From positions 3,224,001 to 3,288,000 of the forward strand of contig CM022667.1 in assembly GCA_012295275.1 (NCBI GenBank): 64,000 bases of DNA, read 5' to 3'. Shown here piece by piece: positions 27,831 through 55,544 of the stretch; position 1 is the stretch's first letter, and every line of letters starts with the position of its first letter. The stretch is from Chrysomallon squamiferum (Eukaryota > Animalia > Mollusca). A program made the translations under genes and the position numbers. The notes beneath the pieces are model-generated. The model searched no databases. It was not told the origin of the DNA and saw only the letters and a program-made list of their open reading frames with translations.

Positions 27831-28643
27831 AATGTCTGAAATAAAACACATTTTTCAGTTTTTAATACTAATAACACACACACATGTAAAATAAACACAC
27901 ACACACACACACACACACATGGAGATACAGCATTCATATATACATGTACATATATACACTAACACACATACATACATATAAAGATATATATTCATACATA
28001 CATACAAACATACACAGACATGTACGTACATATATATTATACATGCATACACAAACACAGATATAGAAACTCACCTCTACATACAAATAAATGTATGTTA
28101 ATAAGTTTTATAGGTGAAACCCACTGACTCTATTACTTCTGTCACTTAACTACATGAGATGTTTATCATATCCTTCTGACAACATAACCTGTAATGTGCC
28201 CTTTAATAACAAGGTCAAAGGTCACAAACTTAATTCAAAAATACCTTAATGACCTGCACTCTAATGAACTTTAACACAGAACAAAATTTAAACGTTTAGT
28301 TCTGAAAAATTATAAAAATGTGTTTTACAAAAAAAGAAAAATAATAATAACTGCTTCTGCCTTCCATGATATATTTTTAGCTGCAGAATTTTCTTTTTAC
28401 CTTTTTAAAAGGTATTTGAAATAGGTAATTATCAACTGATTAAAGTTATATAAAATCACCACACTAACTAATCTTTTAACTAACATTCTAACATACTAAC
28501 ACAGACAACCAAGACCCATGGATGGTGAGATCAAAGCTTGGTATTGGTATCTATCTAGAAGTAATTGAAGAGTGTATGATATTCTATTCATTTTTCTTTT
28601 TTCTTTTAACATTTTCTTTTTCTTTTTCTTTTTTCTTCCTTAA

Positions 28644-28694
<51 letters not shown>

Positions 28695-30439
28695 TATTTA
28701 TTATTATTCTTTTTTCCAGGCTAATAATTCTTTAGTATCTAAGATCAGATACTAAAAATAAATATGTCTGGACCTTGTAATTCTGTTTAAGTCTTTCAAA
28801 ATGGTTCACTGAGTGATTACCTCTTTAATAAAGTGTTATTGATTATTTTTCTCTCACTCTATAACACAAATTATTAATGGGTGCAGGCAGAAACCATTCC
28901 TTGACTTTATAATAAGTCCAGCAGAATTTTTATATCAACAGAATCAATATGTCGTCTGTTTATAAGCTGGATTTTTTTTTGCTGAGAGGGCCATTTTTTT
29001 TTTTTAAATAATGACCTGAGTACACAGATCAGTTTACAAACACTGCAAAGCTACATCTATTTAGTATACAACTTTTTTTTTCCCCAGGTGTTTAGTTACA
29101 CCTGAGTATTAACACACCTGACATGTTATACAGTAAAGTATCTCACTCAGCACCTTTTAATAATTTTTAACAAGTAAAAAGCTCACCAAGCAATCAAGAG
29201 GAACATTTTTCAGTTTGCATTTTCTTTCTTTTCATGAATATAAAATATAACACTGTACAAACCAGTATGTTATGTCATACTTTAGATCGTAACACTCATT
29301 AAATTGCTACATTTGTTTTTTAAGTTTAGACACATTTATATCCTTAAAGACAGACACATCATAGTTTAATACAATCCAATTTTTTAATATATATATATAT
29401 ATATATTTTTTAATACAAACTGCAATCTGAATATTAAAAAAAAAAACTGAAGCTACTTTTCTTTTTGTATTTTGTTAATTTCATTTCATAGTTGGTTATG
29501 GAGAACGTTAAATTTGTTTAACCATATTCACTTTATTTTATGTATTTACCTCTAACAGAAAAAAAAAAAAAAAAAAAATTATAAGAACATTTTAGTGCTT
29601 AAAGTAGAACAAATAAGTTCAACATAAAAAAATTATTTAAGATTTAAATCTGACATTCAAATTATAGCGATATATTACGATTCATTTCATTTTTCCTAAC
29701 CCGCCCCCCAACCATCGCGCCTCTACCGATTTTTCTATTCCTAATTTTGAATTTACAATACAATAACTTTTGTTTCTAAATTAAAGTGACAAGTATATAA
29801 AAAATAAATTTTAAATAAATCTATCCAGTGCAATGTTAGTACTCACCCGCAGTTATCCGATGTAAATACAAAATACAATCCTACTGCAGTACTGGTAACA
29901 AAAGAGAAATTTCACCCACTGTTGCAAGTTTTATTTTTGGAAATGACGCTGATCAGGTTTTGTGCAATCGTTCGTGATCGAGATTTCTTTTTTTGGTATT
30001 TATTTTTACTTATTTATTTTTATGGTAACCCTCGTATCGGATAAATTACAAAATATCAGGATAACAGTTATGAAAATGTATTTCATTTAGTTGCTCTACT
30101 GTGGACCAGAAGAAAACGGGTGCAGAACGAAGCAGGTTTGAGAACGGACCAAAGATTTCATTGAACAATTTCCATAGAAAGGTTTGACCTTGCCCTCGCC
30201 TTGTAGCTGAACGGCGAATTTATACAACTAAAGACAAAGGAATTGATGAAAATTTTGACTGCTCGTGTGTATTTTTGTTCACCTACCATGTTCCCCGGTT
30301 AATAGTCTACCTGGGTGCAAATCTGTTTTAAAATAAGTGAGCTCTATACATAAATACCTGCAGTTTGCGTTTCGATGAAATACTCTTCTGTCACAAACAG
30401 CTGATGGCTTAACCAAACCAGTTGCCTATCTTGTCGTCA

Positions 30440-30620
30440 TCGACTGTTTACGTTTCCTTGGCGGATTTTCATTGGTTACTTGATGACATAAATTTGACAT
30501 ATAAGGTAAAGGACATGAATATTCATATCACGTGATCTCCCTTTAAGGGCAGGCAGCCGCGTGTCCATTGTTTATGTCACGTGATCTAGGCTGTGGTTTG
30601 ACAGCTCTGACCTTTAGTTC
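30440..30620 (-). promoter_or_regulatory. Putative TP53INP promoter with two CLEAR/E-box and two FOXO-type motifs
   Basis: ATCACGTGAT 30527-30536, GTCACGTGAT 30576-30585, TGTTTAC 30445-30451, TTGTTTAT 30568-30575 and CCAAT (minus strand) 30471-30475. The region is CpG-enriched and lies upstream of the non-coding exon. Confidence 0.6.
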
Positions 30621-31490
30621 GTAGATTTCCGCTCATTACGAACATGATCGAACGTGCATAGCATTAAAAGCGATTCAGTCAGCCTAATGATTTCATTGTT
30701 ATAAAACGAAATAAGCTGGTCATTTATTTATACTTTTTATGATATTTTTGTAATTATAAACCTACCAACATGACATTATATATTTTCTAAATAACACATC
30801 CGGATATTTCAAAAACAAAACTTTTTATTACTTATTTAGTTTAGAATCAAAGTTACCACAATTGTAATCATGTTTATAAATGTTTTGTGATTTTTATAAC
30901 TTTCATTACAATCACCTTCAAAACTAAAATACCATTTATTGATATTTTGTATATAAATTTTTGTTAATGTCACCTCAGAACGTTTAATATATTTTCGTCT
31001 TCTTAAAGTATTAGAAACAACTTCTATTCTTATTTCATGTAATGTTCATTCCAAACAGTAATAAATAATTCATGTACTATTATTTAAAAATGTATTTGTC
31101 ACATGACGTTGTATTACTTATTATAAATATTCTAATAAGGAAAAAAAAATAAAAATAAAAAAATCAACAACAGAAATATTTTATTTAAAACAAAACATTT
31201 TTATTTTATATTTGTTTTTATTGCATTATAGATATAAAACTTAGCAAGACATGATCCTTCATACACACCTTCCCATAAATGGTAGAAAAAAAAATTCCCT
31301 GGCTTTTCATAAACCATTGAGGCAGAAAGCTATCAAAACCTCTGCATATCTGTTCAGAAAGATTGATCCTCTGATGTTTCAGCCCATTGTTTTAACCACT
31401 AAGAAATATCTTGCCTTTAGTGAACATTATGGTATATAACCGCAATTTTTAATAAATTAGTAATCTAAAAAAAATTTGGTACTGTTTTCA

Positions 31491-33755
31491 TCAAGATATT
31501 TTGGGTTCCATTTTAACAGAAACAATTCCATCTAGTTTTAAAATCTGCTGCAGAAGTTGTATCACATTTTGGATTGTTGTAAATTTAGCAAATGGTGGCT
31601 CTAAAACATTTTCTTTAGCTGTGTCACAAACATGTCCTCTGCTGTTATAACCGGCAGTGTTGTTTGCTTTTAGCGCTTTGTAAATCTGCGTCTCTTTGTC
31701 GAGGAAAGATCTGAAACGAGAATTGTGCGAGAGATTTTTGTGAAGCAGAAATGGAACCGATTTTAGCGACTTTGACAAGATTTGACAACACCAGGACATT
31801 TTTGGATTATTTAGACAAGTTTTCTTTTTCTGGTTCAGGATTTCTGATACAAAGTATTCAAAATAACCTCCTCCTGGAAATGTTACAAATGTCAGGTCAC
31901 TCTGAGAATTTCTAGTTTTTGGTTCATCAGTTTGTATTGGCGAATTATTATCTAACGAAATCTCTTGTTTCATAAAGGCTGTTTCATCCCATGAACATTT
32001 TTCTGTTGATATGTTTACAGATGGTGTGAAACTTTCATTTGCAGATTTTGTTAATTTTTCAACTCGACAAAGTGAACTATTTGTTGTCACAGTTTCTAGT
32101 CTATTGTCAGTTTTCTGGAAACACATCAAAAGAGATTTAAGTCCTTTGTAAATGATGTTTCCTAGCTGATGACACATGGTGTCTGTAGGTGCACACAGAA
32201 TCAGTGGTTTAGTTAATACTTTTTCAGTCTCGAGCAAAACATGTATCTGTCGACCAGCAGAAATTTTCTTGACCTGTGACACATCAATGATAAAACTGTC
32301 ATCAACAGAATCCCAAGTATTGTGTACACTAAATTTTCCAGACACTTTTTCAACAAACTGAATGTCTTCGTCATCTAAGTAACAGATGACACTGATGTCA
32401 AAAGAGCGACAGAGTGAGAGGACATATTCCGGTACATGTTCACTGCTAAGAATGAGGGTAACCCCCTGAGTGCGCAACATCTGCAGAAAACGTTCAGCAT
32501 TTCTGACATTTTGGTAAACTGCTGTTTGTATTGAATGTTCAGATTTTAATCTCACTGTGTCATTGTCATCTGATAAGACACCTTCCACTGGACATTTTAA
32601 TAACACACACTTAATTTTTCTATCAGAAATGTTATCAGCACAAAATGCAAAATTCCTCGGAATCAGAATCCCACAAACAGCTGATGACTCTTTGTAATTT
32701 TGTCCACTGGATTTGACATGCATGAATTCAAAATTATCTAAAACGAATTCTACTGACAGTTTCAAAGATTCTAAATTTAATGAATCTTTTTCTGAAATTA
32801 ATGCATCCATCAGCAAGTTTGTAAAAAAGTTTGACAAGCTGGATGAGAAATGAGGAAGAAAAGTCGTCTTCAAAATCCCAAATATTTTATTCTTTAAATA
32901 ATCATGGCTGCAACTGCTGTCCAGTATGTCTGCTTTTTGTTCAACTTCTCTAAACACATCTAACAAAACTGTGTTTGAAAACTCCCCAAAAGCTAACGCT
33001 ATTCTGTTTGAGAGAGAATTTTCAGTCTGCTTTTGAATAAATCTGTCTCCAAGATGGCTTCCGATATGTTTGTTGATTATATCTTGAACTGCCTGCAAGG
33101 AATGTTCTAGAAGCAAAATGAAAGTTTTTGTACCATCACCAACTACTAAATAGTGTTTACAAGCAGATTCAACAACAACCTGAGCCAAAGGATGTCCAAT
33201 CTGTAATGATTTCAAGATGGCTATCCCTTGACTTGTCACAACAACAGAACCTGAAAACAAAAATGAAAAAAGAGGAAATATTAAACTACACCATGTCTAA
33301 TTTAAATACATCAGTTAGAACTGAATATGTAAATTATATTAAATTAGTATTTTGTAATATGTAAAATAAAACTGCATAGAATTAACAAATAACAAAGATA
33401 TTAAGATTTACATTGAATCTGCATCTATTATCCCTTAGTTAGAGAATGCCTTTGGTGATACAAAATGACACTAAATATTTTTATCATCTTAATTTTATTT
33501 TTATACTTCATTATTTGTAAAGATCAGTTTCACAAACTAAGTGATTGACAGAATGTATAGGCCATCTTAGAATATATATTTCTAATTTTTAAGAAAATAA
33601 ATTATAAATTATTCAAAACCTGTTGAAGTTGTTATCATGGATTTCTGACAAAAAGGCCCAAATGATGCTGAAACAATCTTGGACAACAGTTTAGCAATGT
33701 CGATCTTCAAATTGAGATTGACTTCAGTGTGCATCTTGTTCTCTGCATCCATCAT
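31491..33755 (-). CDS. BBS10: Bardet-Biedl syndrome 10 chaperonin-like protein, ~631 aa. Coding exons 33755-33620 and 33250-31491
   Basis: Exon 1 MMDAENK...IVSASFGPFCQKSMITTSTG splices in phase (G|GT) to SVVVTSQG...HPLAQVVVES...GDGTKTFILLL (group II chaperonin ATP-site variant of BBS10 type). C-terminal PGGGYFE and LLQQILKLDGIV. Two coding exons, as in vertebrate BBS10. Confidence 0.88.
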
Positions 33756-34299
33756 CTCTTTCTAATTAATCATCTAGAGATCATCACAAGAATTAGCATT
33801 TTCATTCATAAATTATCTGAATGACCAATAAAAACAAAATTATAAGCAAGTAAACAAAATACACATATTTGTTTATATGTAAGATTTTTATTTCTGATTT
33901 TATGAAAGTGATGGGAATGTTTTTCTTATTTTATAAATGATGAATATACATTCCATTCAAATAATATGCTATTGAATTAACAAAAATCAAAATATAACAT
34001 TATTATTATTTTTTTTTTTTTTTTTTTTTTAAATAATTATTGGAGGAAAGACCTGGCTGTGTGCAGACAAATGTTTAGTAGATTGTTGAAGGGAGACAAC
34101 TTCAGTTCATAAAACAAAAGGACTGATACAGCTATCAAACAATTAATGATACATATTACATAGATGATAATGAAATTATTAACATCTATCAATACATTAA
34201 CAGCACTGTTGATATCATGTAACAATAAAATCAATTGCTCTGTAATTCGATCTCATTCCATTTATTAAACGAATGTACCCGAGAATTCCCGTGTGAGTG

Positions 34300-34350
34300 A
34301 AGAAAGTTTAGAAGCTCCACCTGGCGGGCAAAACCTTTGCGCGAAAATTA
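34300..34350. promoter_or_regulatory. Putative bidirectional BBS10/TONSL promoter core with E2F and CTCF-like motifs
   Basis: GCGCGAAAA 34339-34347 is the E2F site TTTTCGCGC on the minus strand. CCGCCAGGTGGAGC (minus strand) lies at 34314-34327. The two start codons are only ~670 bp apart. Confidence 0.55.
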
Positions 34351-34422
34351 AATTTAGATGTCTATTTCACTTAATTTCTAAACAGATGCTCTGATTTCTT
34401 TTTTTAAATAAACAAAAATGAA

Positions 34423-50132
<15,710 letters not shown>

Positions 50133-51658
50133 AATAAATACTTAACAGTTAAGAAGACTGATTCAAGATGGATTCTGTTTTGAAAAGGCATCATGAGGCT
50201 TGAGACCTAGAATTGTGCATTTGTTTATGTATTTTTTAAATACATTTTTTTGTTCATCACTGAAATTGTTCTGTATTTTTACAAATGGCAGTTTTTTGTC
50301 AAATATTAAATCAGTAGTGGTGATTCCGAATATGGAAAAAAATAATACCCCAAAAATAAATAAACAAATTATAAGTTAAATATAAATTATAATAATAAAA
50401 GGGAATATTTTAAATGATAATAATTTTGTTTTTATCTCAGAGAATATATTTTGACTAAGCCATGCAATTATGTTGTTGTATGCAGATCAGTGATAAAAAA
50501 GAATCAAGTTTTTAAATAAAATTTCCTCCAGATTCCTACAGTAAGCAAACAAATTTTACTAGTCTTACAGTTTCTTGCTGGGAATTAATACATTTTGTCT
50601 CTAATAAATAAATGAACAAAATTAGTCTGATTAATTTTTAATTAATATATTTTTGTTTAAATGATTTAAATCATTGTTGGTTTATTTTTAATTAATTCTT
50701 AATTTTACAATATTTTTGTACATTAATAAAAATTAAAATGATTTTTCATTAGTTGTCGTTATTGATTTATTGATTTATTTTTATCCAGTACTTCAAAAAA
50801 AGGCTGATACAATCTTTAAGATGAAATTTTATTATACAGTGAATCGCTAGATCTATTTTCAGATTTGAGTTCAGTCACATCTTGATTACTAACTGACTTG
50901 CATATTTCTAGAGAGTATATTTATATATGGAGAATGAATTTCATTATCAATTATAATTTCTGTACTGAATGTATTATATTAAATAAATTTTAAAAGTATC
51001 AACGATTTTATTATTTTTTTATAAATAAGTAATGTTTTGAAATATAACAGACAAATGAAAGAAAATCTTTTTTCTTTTTATTTTAAAACTGCTTTGACAT
51101 AATCTATTATAAATTAAAAAATAGACTTGAAAAGTATTAAAATTTGTAAAAATATATATATGTGTGTTTTTTTTAAAAATAAAGAGTCAATATAAGAAAT
51201 TTCTATTTTTTCTTCATTTCAAAACACCTTTGATATAAATTAAAACAATAGAATTTATTATTTTTTTTTTTAATCATTTTTGGAATATTTTTCATTGATA
51301 AGTTGTATATCACAATGTAATTTACTTATTCCATCTTGGCTCAACACATACAACAATTCAGAGATGACAAAAATATATTTTTCATTTGATAAACGCATTT
51401 GCTCATTGTTTGAGCTGTAATAAAACATTGTGCATTTCCAAATTTATAAATATTTATTTTAAAATTAATTTGGATGTATTCAGTTTGATCCTAGATTATA
51501 TTAAATTAGTTTTAAAATAAAATACATGTACCTTTTATTATTATTATTATTATTATTACTACTTTTTAACTTTTTAATTTTTAAAAAATATTTTAGTTTA
51601 TTTCAAAACCACTTCACCGTGACATTACATAAGTTTTTAATTAGTTATTTATTATTTG

Positions 51659-51724
<66 letters not shown>

Positions 51725-52223
51725 TAATTCTCTAATCAATTTGTAAATAATACTGATTTTTCTTCAAATAAAATACATTACTAACCTCTTTAAAATATAT
51801 TTTATTTCACATCAGTTTGTTAATTTGCAAAGTTTTGGGCTGTTTGGTCTCACACACACACACAAAAATTTATTTTATTTTTTATTCCTGTATAAATAAA
51901 TTATATGACAAAAAATATATATATAAGGTAGATCAATATTATTTTATTCTCATTAAAAATTACTGTCTATAAATATTTAAAAAAAAAAAAAATCAAAATA
52001 ATATAATTTGTATTTTTTATTATTTTGGGGGTAATAAAATTTGGTTGTTCAAAGCAAGTATGTGTTGAGTTCGATAAACAAAATTTTATCAAAGACAATA
52101 CTACTTTCTTGTGACAAGGACAGTGTAAAGATGTAAAGATATGGCAACACTTCTTAAATCCTTTCAAAATAATTGTAGATAACATTATTATCTAAATTTC
52201 TTTTAATGTTCTATTATTTCTTA

Positions 52224-52272
<49 letters not shown>

Positions 52273-52348
52273 GTTTAAATAGTTTCAAAAATACATTTTA
52301 CAAAATCGTTAAAGTTTCGCTTTTAAAATTTTTAGCAACAGTCATCGA

Positions 52349-53260
52349 TTAAACTTGAAAATCAGTTGTAAACTTTATCGGTTCCATTTCTTCAATTACT
52401 TGACAGACATATCTACCGTCATCCTCAATCATCTGTCGGACCTCGTTACAAAAATCAACAGTCTTCGATCTCTCGATTTCCTGCTGTCTGATTTTCTCGT
52501 ACGAACTGTTAAGGTAATTTTCCCACATCTTCTGAAGCAGTGTCAGAGCGTATCCGAGGTAGCTTGCCTGTTGGACTTTCTCAAACACGGCCTTGCACTC
52601 GGATGTCCACTGCGACTGCGCTGTCTTCTTGTCGGTTGCTTCTTTGACGTTTGGCGGCAAATGTTCTGTTTGCGCAGGCGACAGAGAAGAATCTGACGCG
52701 CTTTTGGATTTCGAAGTGCAAGGTTCTTCGTTCGAATGGCGTGACATGTTTTGCGTTCTTTCTGAATTGCTTTCTAGATTGTTTTTTTTGCACGCGCTGT
52801 TCGGGCGGCTTGTCAGTTTGTCGAACGGGACAGTAAGTCCGTATTTGTTAGAGCACGAACATTTTAATTTGAGCTCGTCATCCTTGATAGGCTCAAACGA
52901 AGCTAAATTCATCGCTTTCAGAAAGAAATGCTGAATAGCTGCCGCGTCCGGAATGGGCGATTCCGTTCTGCCGTGTTCACTTTCGCATTCGCCATCTGAC
53001 GTATGACCAAAGCATTTCGGGAAAGTATTACTGAGATACTGATGGTCACTCATTATCAATCGAAAAAGATCTTCTGCCGATAAGTTAGTGTATTTGTCGT
53101 TTTCCACAATGTCATCAAGATCTTCGTTCGCCGAAAGAGTTGCTTCGGAATCGTTGTCATCACTTGCGCTGCCATAGTTTCTTTTCTGACTGCTTTTTAC
53201 TGACGTAGACGGTTCTTCGTTCGTTGTTTCGAGAATGTCTTCAGTTTTTTCAGTGCCCAT
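52349..53260 (-). CDS. Intronless 303-aa protein of unknown function (acidic/disordered N-terminus, DHxY motif, helical-looking C-terminus)
   Basis: 912-nt ORF with much higher GC than its AT-rich flanks, non-repetitive protein sequence, start context AAAATGG and a double-CRE element ~100 bp upstream. I recognise no family. Confidence 0.72.
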   Translation of the reverse strand: MGTEKTEDILETTNEEPSTSVKSSQKRNYGSASDDNDSEATLSANEDLDDIVENDKYTNLSAEDLFRLIMSDHQYLSNTFPKCFGHTSDGECESEHGRTESPIPDAAAIQHFFLKAMNLASFEPIKDDELKLKCSCSNKYGLTVPFDKLTSRPNSACKKNNLESNSERTQNMSRHSNEEPCTSKSKSASDSSLSPAQTEHLPPNVKEATDKKTAQSQWTSECKAVFEKVQQASYLGYALTLLQKMWENYLNSSYEKIRQQEIERSKTVDFCNEVRQMIEDDGRYVCQVIEEMEPIKFTTDFQV

Positions 53261-53357
53261 TTTTTTTTTTATCTAACACCATATATTTATTTCTATAGTG
53301 ACAGAAGCTGGAGGAATCTGGCAACACACTTTTTTAGACTTTTCTTTAAAATTGTTA

Positions 53358-53389
53358 CGTTGACGTCATTTGTATAAATGACGTCAACG
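53358..53389. promoter_or_regulatory. Inverted repeat carrying two full CRE sites
   Basis: CGTTGACGTCATTT-GTAT-AAATGACGTCAACG has perfect 14-bp arms. TGACGTCA lies at 53361-53368 and 53379-53386. Confidence 0.75.
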
Positions 53390-54024
53390 AAAGATTAGCA
53401 CCATACAACTTAGTTAATTTTACGATTAATTTTCTTCTTTTTTTCCCCTTTTCTGTTTTTCTCTCTATCTTTGACTTTTTAAAATTTTAAAATTTATAAA
53501 TTTTTTTTTATTATTATTATTATTACTGATAAACAAAAAAGCTAATAACTTATAGCAACATTTTAAACATGAAAGGTGCTACAAGATAAAAGTAAACAAT
53601 TAACAGTAAGCCATTTTACTTACCTCGACAAAGAACTCTAGTCTTGCACACGTCTGGATTCGACCTTACAAGATTAGTTTGTAAAAATAATTAATTACTA
53701 ATAAAATCCATAACATATTTCTCCAAGACTTGTAAAAATTAATTAAAATGTATTTAATCACAACTTTTATGCTAGATTATTTATTTGGCCAGAGCTGCCA
53801 TAATCTGGGGCAGATGTTGGCATCTTTGGATCAGATTAATGTGCTAGCTGGGTCCATGTCTCTCCTGTTTAACATGTTCGTCTCGTTTCTACTCGAGTGC
53901 ATAATTAGCTTTTATTTATTGCTGACGTTTTTTTTGTTTAATATAATTTTTTAACCTCTGTTAAATCTGTGTTAAACGTGAACAATGACATTTATTAGTT
54001 GTAGGATATATTAAATGCATTTTT

Positions 54025-54129
<105 letters not shown>

Positions 54130-54780
54130 CTAGGAATATCCGTTTTCATCAAAGTGATAAATATATATATATAAAACTGACATAATATCAGAACAAACTT
54201 AATATTATGGTATGCATCATTATGAGTATGATTTCCTTTTATGGACGTCCTTCTTCTTCTTCTTCTTCTATTTTCTTTTTTCTTCTTCCTTTTCAACTTC
54301 ATCTTGCGAGTGTTATCGTTTGCTGGAATTCTTACTACTAGATAATCCATTTCGGTTTTCATTACGTTTCTGTAATTCGGATCAAATGAAGGTTTGAATA
54401 TGTAAGACCGGCAGTGGCAGAAGCCAATAAAACGGTAATTGTGGTTTATTTGTACAGCTATTGAAAAAGTCATTTTCTTGCGCTCGACAGCTGCTGGTCA
54501 CAACGGCCTCAATCAATACCGTCTTCTCAGTAGTTACGTAAGACGCTGATTAATTTTCTGTAGTTGATGCTGGTGTAAGGATTCGATTTTTGACCTGTGT
54601 GTGTTCGCTTTTCTTGCAGAAAAAAAAAAAAAAAAAAAAAAAAAGATTAAGAAAAGAAAAGAAAAAAAAAAAAAAAAAAAAAATTGTTTTTCGTGGCTGT
54701 ATTAATTGCAGATGTGTTTATGTTTTTTCTTCCATGTGAACGTGCATGTAATTATTTTTGTGAGTTTGTGTGTATGTATA

Positions 54781-54883
<103 letters not shown>

Positions 54884-54944
54884 ATATATTATCATACAGT
54901 ATTTATAAAAATACATATATATGTGTGTGTAAATAAATAAATAA

Positions 54945-54977
<33 letters not shown>

Positions 54978-55394
54978 CTAAAACCGTAAAAAAAAGATTT
55001 ATTGATTATAAATATAGATCTAGAATATTTTTGTAGTAATATTTCAAGTAGTAGTAGTAGTAGCTGCAGCAGTGGTAGAGATACAGTTTTAATAATAATT
55101 TTTGTTGTGATAGTAGTAGTAGTAGCATAGCAGAGTATTAATAGTAACAGTATTGGCTGGATATTAATATTAGTACATGTAGTGAAAAAGAAAATAAGAA
55201 AAAGGTAAGTTTGCACACCTGGCTAGTGTTGATGTTACTGTAAAGAAAAAACCCAAAATATTTTAGCGTTTTTAAATGGTTTAGATGCAAAAGAAAATGA
55301 AAATAATGCTTACATTACATAATAATCTAAACAGAATTTTGGCCAAATAACTTATGAAAGAAAATTAACAAAGCAAGGTGCGAGCTGGCTGCTG

Positions 55395-55500
55395 GTAATG
55401 ACGTCACATCGCGAGGAGTTTATTTACTAATTTTTTTTTTTTTTTCAAGTGACGTTTCCGGGCGCCGTTGGCAATATGGACAATTGACGTTTCGTCAATG
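55395..55500 (+). promoter_or_regulatory. CRE-rich promoter of the zinc-finger gene
   Basis: TGACGTCA 55399-55406, half-site TGACGT 55450-55455 and inverted half-sites ATTGACG-TTT-CGTCAAT 55483-55499, all within 150 bp of ATG 55545. Confidence 0.65.
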
Positions 55501-55544
55501 AATCATGTTAATAATCTACCTAAATAATAAACAGCAGAGGAACA

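Noticed and set aside
31491-33755. Assignment as a canonical CCT subunit, MKKS/BBS6 or BBS12
   Set aside because: The GDGTKTFILLL variant, overall divergence and two-coding-exon layout fit BBS10 better than canonical GDGTT-type CCTs.
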